Under the pieces are notes generated by a model. It was given only the letters and a program-made list of their open reading frames with translations, had not been told where the DNA came from and did not search any database. A program made the translations under genes and the position numbers. Positions 24,018 through 33,400 of a stretch of 40,605 nucleotides of DNA are shown here, one piece after another. Numbering within the stretch: the stretch's first letter is position 1; every line of letters starts with the position of its first letter. Where the stretch lies: positions 1 to 40,605 of IMG/VR virus record IMGVR_UViG_3300049782_000032; one strand, given 5' to 3'. The DNA is from a virus. Lineage: Duplodnaviria; Caudoviricetes.

Positions 24018-24347
24018 TGTGCGAGGTTTAGCGATGTGCTCACCTGCGTTGTCCCTGGCCGGGCCGAACCAAACTAAGGAAAGGCGCTTGGCCTGAGATT
24101 GGGCCCATTTTGGCGAGGAACCGATGCCCCGAAAGGGGGCCGCCCCGAACCCACTGTAGGGCTCGGGGCGGCTGGGAGTCTGCGGCTCCGCCATCTGGAC
24201 GGATGAGTACCTCGCGCGAGGATGCCCGACCGCAGCTCCCGATCGTGAGGGGGATGGCGCCCCCGGTGGGTGCCCCACACCGGCAAGATCATTCAATGTA
24301 GGCCAACCCCTACAGACATTCGATCATGAACAGATAACGGTGACGGG

Positions 24348-24584
24348 GTGCCCTCTGCCTCGCCCCCGCCCGACTGGGTCCTCACCCGCCGCCGGGCCGT
24401 AGGCGAACGCATCCGCGCCGCACGCATCCACGCGAACCTCACCCAAGAGACCGTCGCCTTACGCGCCGAAACCGACCGGCCATCCGTCGTCCGCATCGAG
24501 CAGGGCCAGCAGTCCCCCACTCTCGACACGCTCATCCGCCTCGCCGACGCAATCGGCGTGCCACTGCGGGAGCTGGTGGGATGA
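24348..24584 (+). CDS. XRE-family HTH protein (contains a TTA codon)
   Basis: VGERIRAARIHANLTQETVALRAETDRPSVVRIEQGQQSPTLDTLIRLADAIGV; TTA at 24459-24461. Confidence 0.88.
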   Translation: MPSASPPPDWVLTRRRAVGERIRAARIHANLTQETVALRAETDRPSVVRIEQGQQSPTLDTLIRLADAIGVPLRELVG

Positions 24585-24856
24585 GCGGCTGCCCTGGTGA
24601 AGCTTCGGCACGGGCAGCCGCCCCCTTCCGGATGGAAGGCCGACACCAACGAGGGCGTCCCCCTGGCTGGCTGCCAGGAGCTTGGGGGAGCGGCCCGCCC
24701 CGCGGGGGATTTCCGGGCCGGGCCGCTCGGGGAAGCAGCTGGCGCGGCCGGCGTGCGCGCCAGGTGCGTCCTGTTGACGGGCGGCCGTCCGCGAGGTCCA
24801 GAAGGGACGGCCGCCCTGCCCGCCGCTCCGGGGCTACCAAGCAGCAGCGGCGGGAG
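24585..24856. other. Non-coding array of about 7 back-to-back hairpins
   Basis: Stems include GCGGCTGCCC/GGGCAGCCGC, CCTTCC/GGAAGG, GAGCGGCCC/GGGCCGCTC, CTGGCGCG/CGCGCCAG, GGGCGGCCGTCC/GGACGGCCGCCC, CCCGCCGCT/AGCGGCGGG. Confidence 0.65.
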
Positions 24857-25021
24857 CTAGTGGCGTATCGAATGCGGAGTGGTCTGGCTCGGCACGGGCT
24901 TGCACCCGGTGTAGTCCCGGCACACATAGAGGGTGGTGCCGGTGCCAGACGCCGAGTCTCTGGAGATGGGCTTCAGCTCCTCGTCCTGCTTCGGCTTCTG
25001 GCAGCAGGCGCAGTACGTCAC
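24857..25021 (-). CDS. Small zinc-finger protein (54 aa)
   Basis: GTGA overlap; VTYCACCQKP...SASGTGTTLYVCRDYTGC. Confidence 0.65.
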   Translation of the reverse strand: MTYCACCQKPKQDEELKPISRDSASGTGTTLYVCRDYTGCKPVPSQTTPHSIRH

Positions 25022-25368
25022 ACCCATCCCCTCCGCAGGAACAGGCGCAGCAGCGCGCGGCCGATGTCGCAGGTGTCGCTGCCCCTGCACGACTCGCAGG
25101 TCTCCAGCGTGTGGTCGAACAGCGCAAGGTACGCATGCTCGCCGACATGGCGTCGGCAGCCGCGGGGGAACCAGCGCATCGGTGACGCGGTCCCATCCAC
25201 CTCCGTCATGCGCTCCCCGAGGTCTACCGCACTCTCGCCGGTGAGCGGCTCCTCGTGCCGGTCCCAGACACACACGCGGCCCTCAACCTGGGCATCAGTC
25301 AGCGTGCCCAGGTCAGGCACGGCCAACTCCGCTATGGCCTGTGGGCTGATCTCTGTGGTGTTGCCCAT
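25018..25368 (-). CDS. Zinc-binding hypothetical protein (116 aa)
   Basis: GRVCVWD..AVDLGER..WFPRGCRRH..H...CESC....C. Confidence 0.75.
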   Translation of the reverse strand: MGNTTEISPQAIAELAVPDLGTLTDAQVEGRVCVWDRHEEPLTGESAVDLGERMTEVDGTASPMRWFPRGCRRHVGEHAYLALFDHTLETCESCRGSDTCDIGRALLRLFLRRGWV

Positions 25369-25371
25369 CTG

Positions 25372-25599
25372 CTACCCCTCGTGGATCTCGGCCCAGATCT
25401 CCGGGACGTCCGTTGTGTCGCAGCTGCCCCACCGATCGGCGCTCGCGAGCGCGCGCATGACGGCCAGCCACGTGGATTGGTCCTGCGGGTCTGGCGCCGC
25501 GGTGTGGAAACGGAGACGGCCATCAAGCGCGAGCAGGTGGACAGGCTCGTCGAGGGCCCGTTCCAGCGCGGCTCGTAACGCCGCTGCTCGCAGACTCAT
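25372..25599 (-). CDS. Hypothetical protein (75 aa) with TTA at codon 8
   Basis: ATG AGT CTG CGA GCA GCG GCG TTA CGA...; ADRWGS...IWAEI; first gene divergent from the GntR gene. Confidence 0.65.
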   Translation of the reverse strand: MSLRAAALRAALERALDEPVHLLALDGRLRFHTAAPDPQDQSTWLAVMRALASADRWGSCDTTDVPEIWAEIHEG

Positions 25600-25617
25600 A
25601 GGCACAGCACATCCCCG

Positions 25618-25659
25618 CTCTCGTGCGAGAGACTGACTCTCGTACGAGAGTAGCGAGAG
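25618..25659. promoter_or_regulatory. Palindromic operators in the GntR divergent promoter region
   Basis: CTCTCGTGCGAGAG (25618-25631), ACTCTCGTACGAGAGT (25636-25651, perfect), extra half-site GCGAGAG. Confidence 0.7.
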
Positions 25660-25703
25660 CAGCACTACTCTGTCACGCAGGTCACATGGAAGGGAGGCGG
25701 AGC

Positions 25704-26468
25704 GTGAGCGAGCCGCCGCTGTACCTGCGCGTAGCTGAAGAGCTGCGCGCCCTAATTGCCGCCGGCGAACTGGCGCCCGGTGCCCGCCTCCCATCTGTCG
25801 CCGAACTCATCCAGCAGTACGGCGGCAGCAACTCGGTAGCGAGCCGCGCCTACAAGGTGCTCGTGGATGACGGCCTGGTCGTCTCCCGGCATGGGGTCGG
25901 CCACTACGTCCGCGGCCCCGAAACGCCCGAGCTGCTGGTGCGCCGGCACCGCCGCCGCTCCGAGGACTCACCCTTTGCTCAGGGTGTCGCGGAGCAGGGA
26001 GCCGTAGGCACATGGCGGCACGAGTCCACCACCGAGCAGGCCAGCGAGACCGTGGCCGCGCGGCTCGGCATCACAGCCGGGGACCCGGTCATGCACACCA
26101 GCTACGTCTACCTCGCTGACGAACGGCCCGTGCAGCTCGCCGAATCGTGGGAACCACTCGCCCTCACCGGGCAGTCCCTCGTAGCCCTGCCCGAGGTCGG
26201 GCCGTACGCCGGCGTCGGAGTGGCCGCGCGCATGCGGGTCCTCGGCATCGAGGTTGGGGACCCGGTCGAGCGGGTGCGTGCCCGCATGGCGTCCCGGCAG
26301 GAGGCGCAGGCCCTCGGCATGACACCGCCCGGGCCGGTGATGTTCATCGAGCGGACCTACTACGACCAGGCCACCGGCCGCCCGGTGGAGACGGCGGACG
26401 TTGTGATGCGCGGTGACCGGTGGGTGGCGGTGTACGGCGAGGCGCCGAACGTGCCGTCGTCGAGGTGA
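25704..26468 (+). CDS. GntR/HutC-family regulator with UTRA domain (KorSA/TraR-like)
   Basis: PLYLRVAEELRALIAAGELAPGARLPSVAEL...VSRHGVGHYVR; UTRA features ERVRARM, IERTYYD..GRPVETAD. Confidence 0.9.
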   Translation: MSEPPLYLRVAEELRALIAAGELAPGARLPSVAELIQQYGGSNSVASRAYKVLVDDGLVVSRHGVGHYVRGPETPELLVRRHRRRSEDSPFAQGVAEQGAVGTWRHESTTEQASETVAARLGITAGDPVMHTSYVYLADERPVQLAESWEPLALTGQSLVALPEVGPYAGVGVAARMRVLGIEVGDPVERVRARMASRQEAQALGMTPPGPVMFIERTYYDQATGRPVETADVVMRGDRWVAVYGEAPNVPSSR

Positions 26469-26520
26469 GGAAACCTCGAGTTTTGTCGTCAGCTTGACGC
26501 TAATGCTCGAGTGTCGCCAC

Positions 26521-26569
26521 ACGCACGAAAGCGCCCCCGCCCTCCCCATGCAGGGGAGAGCGGGGGCGC
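26521..26569 (-). terminator. Terminator of the late/lysis transcript (possibly bidirectional)
   Basis: GCGCCCCCGC-CTCCCC...GGGGAG-GCGGGGGCGC hairpin followed by TTTCGT on the minus strand. Confidence 0.75.
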
Positions 26570-26581
26570 CATCACGAGTGG

Positions 26582-27298
26582 TCACGGGTACTGGCGGCGG
26601 TACGGATCGAGGGCCATCGAGAGTAGGCCGCCCTCGTCGCTGGGGCTCGGCTGTGGTGCACCATCGCGGCGGCACACGAGCGCGTCAGGGTCCCAACTCG
26701 GGGCCTGGAGCGAGTAGCCGTCGGGGCAGTCCGGTCCGGGCGGCCCTTGCTCACCGCGGGGGCCCTGCTCGCCCTGCGGTCCCTGCTCGCCGGGCGGGCC
26801 CTGTGGTCCCTCCGGTCCGGCCGGGCCCTGCGCGCCGTCCGCTCCGGGTGCACCGTCCTCCCCGGGTTCGCCGGGTTCGCCAGGAACGCCGGGCTCGCCA
26901 TCCTGGCCGGGCGTGCCTGGTGCGCCATCGTCACCAGGCTGTCCATCGGCGCCCGGTGAGCCATCCCGCCCTGGCCTGCCGGGGTCGCCCTGCCGGCCGG
27001 GGATGGGCACGGGCACCTCGGCCCGGTCGGGCAGGTCGTCCACTGCCACCGACGGGTCAGGGGCGACGGGCGTCTGCCCCTCGCTCTTCACCTGCTCCCG
27101 CAGCTGCCTCACGTCCGTAGCTAGGGTGGAAACGGCCTCGCCTCTGCGGTTCGCCTCGGCGACCGCCTCCTGACGCGCGGTCGTCTCAGCGTCGATACGG
27201 GACCAGATGATGACGACCGCGCCGGACAGGGCGACCAGCCAGCACAGCAGCGCCACCGGGCGCCAACGCCGGGCAAGGGCCCGCTCTGTCCGGGTCAC
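26582..27298 (-). CDS. Membrane-anchored coiled-coil plus collagen-like protein (lysis cassette)
   Basis: N-terminal TM, coiled coil, about 30 Gly-X-Y triplets, CPDGY...C tail. Confidence 0.85.
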   Translation of the reverse strand: MTRTERALARRWRPVALLCWLVALSGAVVIIWSRIDAETTARQEAVAEANRRGEAVSTLATDVRQLREQVKSEGQTPVAPDPSVAVDDLPDRAEVPVPIPGRQGDPGRPGRDGSPGADGQPGDDGAPGTPGQDGEPGVPGEPGEPGEDGAPGADGAQGPAGPEGPQGPPGEQGPQGEQGPRGEQGPPGPDCPDGYSLQAPSWDPDALVCRRDGAPQPSPSDEGGLLSMALDPYRRQYP

Positions 27299-27570
27299 GG
27301 TTGTCCTCCGAGTTGGATGATGATGCCGCGCAGCCGGGTGATCTCGGCTTGGTCGGTGGCGCGGAGGCTGGCCTGCTCGGCGAGTTCCTTGTGCAGCTCG
27401 GTGACCTTGCGGTCGAGTCTGTCCCGCTCCTCTTGCAAGTTGTCGGTGAGCGAGCCATAGACGGTGATTGCGTTCTCGCCGCGTTTCCCGAGGTACGCCA
27501 CCACCGTGCCAGCGAGTCCCCCCACACCCACCAGCAGTGCGCCGAGGGCGGTGAGGGTGGTGACGTCCAA
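27295..27570 (-). CDS. Single-TM coiled-coil protein (lysis cassette)
   Basis: TTG start; TM then [19 protein letters not shown] heptads. Confidence 0.8.
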   Translation of the reverse strand: MDVTTLTALGALLVGVGGLAGTVVAYLGKRGENAITVYGSLTDNLQEERDRLDRKVTELHKELAEQASLRATDQAEITRLRGIIIQLGGQP

Positions 27571-27580
27571 CAGTGTTCTC

Positions 27581-27847
27581 CTAGACGCTCGGCGCCGTGC
27601 TGGCGCTGTTCTTCTGGCCGACGAGGCGAGCGACGAGGCCCTTCACCAGGGTGACGACGGCGGCCAGCCCGGCCGTGCCGACGCCCTCCCAGAACGACAC
27701 GTTCAGCATGTCGGCCGGGCCCGCAGCGAGGGCGACCGCGCTGGCCGCGCCGAGGAACGTCCAGATGATCCGCTCGATCAGGTCGACCGTGTAGGTTCTG
27801 GCGGTCTTCACCACGGTCTCGGCAGCGGGCAGGTTGAGGTTGGACAT
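27581..27847 (-). CDS. Holin (r1t-like)
   Basis: DLIERIIWTFL, 2 TM, directly after the endolysin. Confidence 0.82.
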   Translation of the reverse strand: MSNLNLPAAETVVKTARTYTVDLIERIIWTFLGAASAVALAAGPADMLNVSFWEGVGTAGLAAVVTLVKGLVARLVGQKNSASTAPSV

Positions 27848-27850
27848 GGG

Positions 27851-28744
27851 TCAGTTCTCCTTCGTGAGTGTGTCGCCGAGCCGGTCGAGGGCGGCCCGTG
27901 CGCCTGCTTCGGCGGCGGCCTGGATCTCCGCCGCGTCGAGCCCGCCGCCCTCGGCGATCCGGGCCAGGACGGCGTCACGAGCAGCGCCCTGCGCGAGCAG
28001 CTGCTTCACCGTCTCCTCCACGTTCTTCACCCGGGCGAGGGTCTCCCGGCTGGAGGCGGCGATCGTGTGGAGCGCGTACTTCGCCGTCCAGGTCCGGTTG
28101 CCCTCGTTCCAGTCGGCGTTGTTGTACGGCGGGGCGACGGCCGGGATGTGGTCGCCGTACCAGAACTTCTTGGCGTCGGCGTCGGTGAGTGCCACGTCGT
28201 CCTCCTCGGTGGTTTTGCCGGTGGCCCGGGCGACGATCCCCGGGAACACGACCGTCCTGAACTGCTTGATGCGGGCCGGGCCCGGGCAGGCCGTGCCGTC
28301 TGCCGACCACTCGCGGAACATGGAGTGGTAGCCGAACCCCGGGTCGGAATGCGTGCGGCAGATACGCAGTGGGACGCCGTGCCGCTGGTGCATCCACACG
28401 CCGAGCCGGATGAGTTCCTCGACCTGCTCGTCTGTCCATGGGTCGCTCGCGCTGGTGTCGGACGCGGTCTCGACGGACACGGCGCCCGTACCGTCCGGCC
28501 GCCGGTTGGCCTGCGCGTTGGCGTCCGCGCGGGTCTCCGTGCCGATGTACTGCGCGATGTCGCCGTCGTAGCCGAGCCCGAAGTGGCTTTCGAGGGACGT
28601 CGAGTCGCGCCAGTACTCGTACGTACGCCGAGGCGTCCACGGGCCGACGATGCTGTGAACGATGAGCTGTGTCGGCCGGATCGCAGGCTGTGCGTCCGAT
28701 TCCGGTTGCAGCTCCATCTTGGTGGCTCGGGCGTACCAGGCCAT
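27851..28744 (-). CDS. Endolysin, N-acetylmuramoyl-L-alanine amidase (Amidase_2)
   Basis: LIVHS, SHFGLGYDG, SVET, GFGYH, TACPG motifs. Confidence 0.88.
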   Translation of the reverse strand: MAWYARATKMELQPESDAQPAIRPTQLIVHSIVGPWTPRRTYEYWRDSTSLESHFGLGYDGDIAQYIGTETRADANAQANRRPDGTGAVSVETASDTSASDPWTDEQVEELIRLGVWMHQRHGVPLRICRTHSDPGFGYHSMFREWSADGTACPGPARIKQFRTVVFPGIVARATGKTTEEDDVALTDADAKKFWYGDHIPAVAPPYNNADWNEGNRTWTAKYALHTIAASSRETLARVKNVEETVKQLLAQGAARDAVLARIAEGGGLDAAEIQAAAEAGARAALDRLGDTLTKEN

Positions 28745-28756
28745 GGGCCCTCCAGA

Positions 28757-28790
28757 CATGAAAAGGCCCCGGCCGGGCGGCGCGGGGCGG
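28757..28790 (-). terminator. Hairpin plus U-tract between the tail and lysis genes
   Basis: GCCCCG...CGGGGCC TTTTCATG on the minus strand. Confidence 0.55.
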
Positions 28791-28807
28791 AAGTGGGCAG
28801 GGCGGGG

Positions 28808-30430
28808 TCAGGAGACGAGATTGTCGCCGGGGACCGCGGTGCCACCGCCGAAGCTGGTGCTGGCCGTGGTGCTGAAGATCAGGGCCGTGCCGACCGCCCA
28901 GCCGTTCCCGGTGAGGTCGTTCAAGGCCACGGTGTTGCCGTCGGCGGTCGTGGCCGAGATCGTGATGCCGTTCGTCCCCGAGCCCTTGATGATGCGGTTG
29001 CCGGTGACCATGCCGTCCTGGCAGCCGTCGCTGAGGCGGATGCCGGCGGACGCTGCGCCGTCGATCCGGTTGTTCTGCACCACGACGTCGTTGGACGAGG
29101 CGACGAACACGCCGTGATTGCTGCTGGTGCCGTCGATCGTGTTGCCGACGATGTGGGCGCCGCTGCACCCGGTCACGTTGACGCCGTTCGAGGCGCTGCT
29201 GCGGACCGCATTGGATCCGACGTGCGCGCCGTCGCTGTTGAAGACGACAATGCCGGTGGAGCCCGTGCCCGCGATCACGTTGCCGGTGACGTTCGGCCTG
29301 CTGCAGTACTCGACGTGGATGCCGTTTGAGGAGTCCGTGGAGAAGCCCAGCACGCTGTTGCCGCTGATGACGACCTGGTCGTAGGTGCCACCCGCGGCGC
29401 CGAACACGCGGATGCCACTCGCATCCTTCGCGCCTTCCACGGTGTTGCCGGTGATGCTGATGTTGCGGCCGTTGACCGTGTATCCCTCCGACGGCCCCGC
29501 CCCGGCCGGGTCGGGCCGGGACAACTGGATCCCGGACAGGCCCGACCCGGTGACCACGTTGTTCGCGATGACCGCGCGGCGCCACCCGAACCCATAGACA
29601 CCCTGCTGGAGGGTGCCCTCGATGCGGTTCCCGATGACCTGAATGCCGTAGTAGTACTTGCCCGACCTCAGCATGTGCGAGCCGACCCCACGGCCGAAGC
29701 TGCCGAGGCGGCTGGACGGCCCGACGTAGCACCCCTGCACCAGGATGTTCTGGGACATGGTCTCGTCGAACTGGCCGATCGCCGCGGACCCGGAGACGGC
29801 CATGTCGATCTGGACCGCCTCGGAGAACTGGCGGCTGTTGTTCCCCGAGTTGTCCCGGTAGCCCGTGAACCGGCAGTTCAGGACCCTGCCGCCGTTCGTC
29901 GAGTTGAACTCCACGCCGTGCGCCGAGGACACGTTGGCGATGGTCAGGTCCCTGACCGTGATGTTCGAGCAGTGCACGAACCCGAAGGCGTTCGTCATTC
30001 CGGTCACGGTGCCGGTCGTGCCGTCGGCCGCGTTCGCGTCCCACGTGCCGCCCTGCACGATGATGTTCGAGTGACCGGCGTACCCGGCGAACGTCTCGTC
30101 CGGCCGGAAGTTCCTCAACAGGCCGGTGGTGCCAGTGCTGCGGATCGTCGCCCCGTACGCCGAGATGATCGTGTTGTCGTACACCACCAAGAAGTCCTTG
30201 ATGCCGTACGTCCGGCCGCCGGGGATGACGACCACGCCGCCGCCAGCGTCTCGCGCCGCGTTGAGAGCGGCCTGGATAGCCGCGGTGTCGTCGGCGACGC
30301 CGTCACCGACCGCACCATAGGCCGCGACGCTGATAGCCGCACCGCCGCCGGCCGCCAGCTCCAGCATGTACTGAAGGCGGCCGGAGGTGATGGCCATGCC
30401 AGGAAGCCACTGAGTGACAGGGGTGGACAA
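28808..30430 (-). CDS. Right-handed beta-helix tailspike / glycan depolymerase (pectate lyase 3-like)
   Basis: VAAYGAVGDGVADDTAAIQAAL motif and many I(T/S/V)GN beta-helix rungs; N-terminal WLPGMAITSGRLQYM tail-anchor-like motif. Confidence 0.85.
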   Translation of the reverse strand: MSTPVTQWLPGMAITSGRLQYMLELAAGGGAAISVAAYGAVGDGVADDTAAIQAALNAARDAGGGVVVIPGGRTYGIKDFLVVYDNTIISAYGATIRSTGTTGLLRNFRPDETFAGYAGHSNIIVQGGTWDANAADGTTGTVTGMTNAFGFVHCSNITVRDLTIANVSSAHGVEFNSTNGGRVLNCRFTGYRDNSGNNSRQFSEAVQIDMAVSGSAAIGQFDETMSQNILVQGCYVGPSSRLGSFGRGVGSHMLRSGKYYYGIQVIGNRIEGTLQQGVYGFGWRRAVIANNVVTGSGLSGIQLSRPDPAGAGPSEGYTVNGRNISITGNTVEGAKDASGIRVFGAAGGTYDQVVISGNSVLGFSTDSSNGIHVEYCSRPNVTGNVIAGTGSTGIVVFNSDGAHVGSNAVRSSASNGVNVTGCSGAHIVGNTIDGTSSNHGVFVASSNDVVVQNNRIDGAASAGIRLSDGCQDGMVTGNRIIKGSGTNGITISATTADGNTVALNDLTGNGWAVGTALIFSTTASTSFGGGTAVPGDNLVS

Positions 30431-30440
30431 GGGGGCCTCC

Positions 30441-33400
30441 TTACAGAGCGGCGATGGCGGGCGTGGCGAGGGCGACGGGCGTGCCCGCGGTGTGCGTTTT
30501 GACGACGCCGTTCACGCTGCGGACGACCGTGAAGGCCTGCGGGTTGACCACGTCGAAGTCCCGGTAACGGATCTCCGGGCCGGTGTTGGTGTTGCCACTG
30601 CCGGAGATCGACCGCAGGCCGATGTACGTGGACGTCGTCAGCGATGTGTCCGTCACTTCGAGCTGCCAGGCGCCCGGCTCTGCGCCCGACGCCGGCCACA
30701 CCTTCGCGCGCAGCGTGCTCCCCGACGCCTGGAGGCGCAGCCGGTAGTACGTGCCCGCGGTGTACGTGCCCGGCACAGCGACAGCGCCCAGCTCCGTCTC
30801 CGTGGCCGTGACCCGCTTGCGGATCGTGAGCGTCATCGTCCCGCCGACGTTGAACGCGAGCCGGGCCGCGTACAGGTTGTCGCTGTCGAGATACCGGCCG
30901 GTGATGCTCCCGGACAGAAACCCGCCGGTCGCCGCCGCGCTGGCGGCCAGCGAAACGTAGGCGTCGAAGTCGGCGTAGACGAACGCCGTGAACGACCTCC
31001 GCGACGCGTTGACGGAGGCCAGGGCGTGCGCCCCGTACCCGCCGGTGACGGAGTAGTTCGCCGTGGTGCCGCCGGACGTCGACCACGGCGCCCCGCTGCT
31101 GGCGGTGCCCCAGCCGCTCGCCGTGGTCCGGCCGAACGTGTCATAAACGGCGCTCGGCTTGACGCGGGGCGCGGCAGGACCGGTGACGGTCATGACCTCG
31201 CCTCCCACACGGACATCGAAGGGCAGTTCGTTCACGTTCCATGTCCACGCCGCGCCCGCGGTGGTGCGGACGTCCACGGCTGTCTCGTCGAGGTCGAGGG
31301 GTTCGGCGAGCTCGGAGCCGTCGGTGTCTGCGCGGCTATGTGTCGGGCCGTCCGCGACGCCTATGAGCCACGGCTCACCAGGCGAGCAGTTGAAGATGAT
31401 GTCCCACTGGAACGGGCCGGGCCAGGACTCCTCGTAGCCCTGCACGATCAGCTCGATATCGCCCGGGGCCAGCCACGGCGGCGGGTTCCGGATGACGAGC
31501 CGGTCGCCCACGTCGACCGCGAGGATCTGGTCCAGCAGCTCGGGCGGGCACTGGTGCACCATCACCCGCACCTGCGGATAGCGGCGGCCCTCGTACGTGC
31601 CCAAGTGCAGCCGCCAGTACGCGAGCGGCTCCGTCTGCGCGTCGCTGTGCAGGTTGAGTGTCTCCTGCGACGGGTACGGGCCCACGCCATCCGGCGGGGC
31701 CTGCACCGACAGCGCGCCCTGTTCCAGGACGGCCCGGCCGCTCGACCCGCCGGCCCGGGTCACGGTCACGTCGTTCTCGGTCCCGTCGTCGTCGCCCGTC
31801 GGCTCCAGCGGCGCCGCCAGACCTGGCTGCGTGTAGTCGAGGATCAACGCCGGGACCTGGCTGTACATGCTGGCCCGGCTCCGGTACCGCAGCGCTGGCC
31901 TCTCCCGGTTCTCGTACAGGATCCCCCCGTCCGCGTCGGCCGCCTCCTCCAGCAGCGTCAGCACCGGCGCGGGCAGCTGCGGGCCCACCTGCTCCTGATC
32001 GGCGATCGGCCCCCACACGGTGAGCGGGAGGGCCTCCTCCTCGGCGAGGCGACGCATGCGCGCCCCTGCCGTCTCCCCGGTCCACGCGTCGATCGCCCTG
32101 TCATAGGCCCGCGTGTAGTCGACGTCGAAAACGCCGATGTGACCGATGGCCATGCCGTTGAGGGCCTGCGCGTAGCCGTCCGGCGGGGAAGCGACACCGG
32201 TGGGCCGGCCGCTCGTGCCGGGGAAGGTGTCGGTATAGCCTCCGGCGTCGCCGCCGACGTCCTGCCAGGAGATTCGCCAGCGGACGTTGCCGCCTTCCTG
32301 CATCACCCGGAAACGGACGAGCACCCATTGGCCGTACAGGTCGCTGCTGGTGCCGATGATCTGGTTGAACACCTCGGCGCCCGCGGCGTTTTTGCCGATG
32401 ATGCGGGACTGATCCACGCGTGACTGGACGTACCACTCACGGACGGTGCCGGTGCTCAAGATCCGCATGAACGTGTAGTGAGTGTCGTTCGGCTGATCGA
32501 GCCGATACAGCCAGTTCACGCTCCAGGCCGACAGGCTCGCCGACGAGGCTGCGGGCACCACACCCGTCATCTTCGCGTTGCTGCCCGCGCTGGAGTTGAG
32601 CGCAGGCAGCGCGTTGGAACTCGGCAGGGAGTCCGCGCTGCCCCAGTTCACATCGGTGAAGGACAGCGGCGGCACGCCCGCGATCGGCGAGTACCCCTGA
32701 GTCGCCCGCGTGCCTTCCTCGAGCGGCCAGTAGGCGAGCGGCTTGTAGGACGGGATACGGCGGCGCAGCGTGGAATCGAGGGCCTGGCTGCTGCGGCGCA
32801 TCCGCCGCAGGATGCCCGCGGTCTGCGCCTCCACCCACACGTGCTCGCCGGAAGGGTGCCAGCGGGTCGGGTACGCGGCCAGCTCGTGGACCAGCCGGGT
32901 GCGCCGGTTGGTGATGCTGGCCGTACCCGACAGCGTCCATGTGCGGCCCGCCGAGTCGACGAAGCTGCTGGTGCCTGGGGCCTGGGCGGTGAAGTCGGGG
33001 GCGGCGACGATCGGGCCGTCGATGCCGTTGCGGACCTCGGCTCGATAGACGCGGCCAGCCACCGCGCGGCGGGAGGCGGTGGAGTCGATCTGCTCGGGAG
33101 CGATCATCAGCGGCGCCGTGCCAGCGAAGATCGTGAGCGGGTTCGGGACGATGATGTCATCGCTGAACTGCACCCACGGCCCATCAAGGGACTGAGCCCA
33201 GTACAGGCGGATCGTCACCCCGCCCGCCCCGTTGTCGGCGTCGATCGTCGCCCGCACGGCCGCCCGCCGGGGAAGCACCGGCAGCGGCCACCAGCCGAAT
33301 GGGCCCACGGTGCCATCTCGCGTGGCCAGCACGTACAGCGACCCGTTGTCGAGGCGGAGGTAATAGGACCGGTTCCCGGCGTCCCCCCACTTGCCCATCA

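Noticed and set aside
23861-24043. Longer 385-aa integrase start given by the ORF track
   Set aside because: The extension reads through the attP core, hairpin and promoter/operator; MADERY at 23860 fits a leaderless promoter.
24581-25636. 351-aa and 87-aa plus-strand ORFs across the hairpin array
   Set aside because: Arg/Gly/Pro-rich low-information translations that overlap better-supported minus-strand genes and the structured region.
26730-27000. 9-bp periodic DNA repeats as a regulatory or VNTR array
   Set aside because: Fully explained by Gly-X-Y collagen coding.
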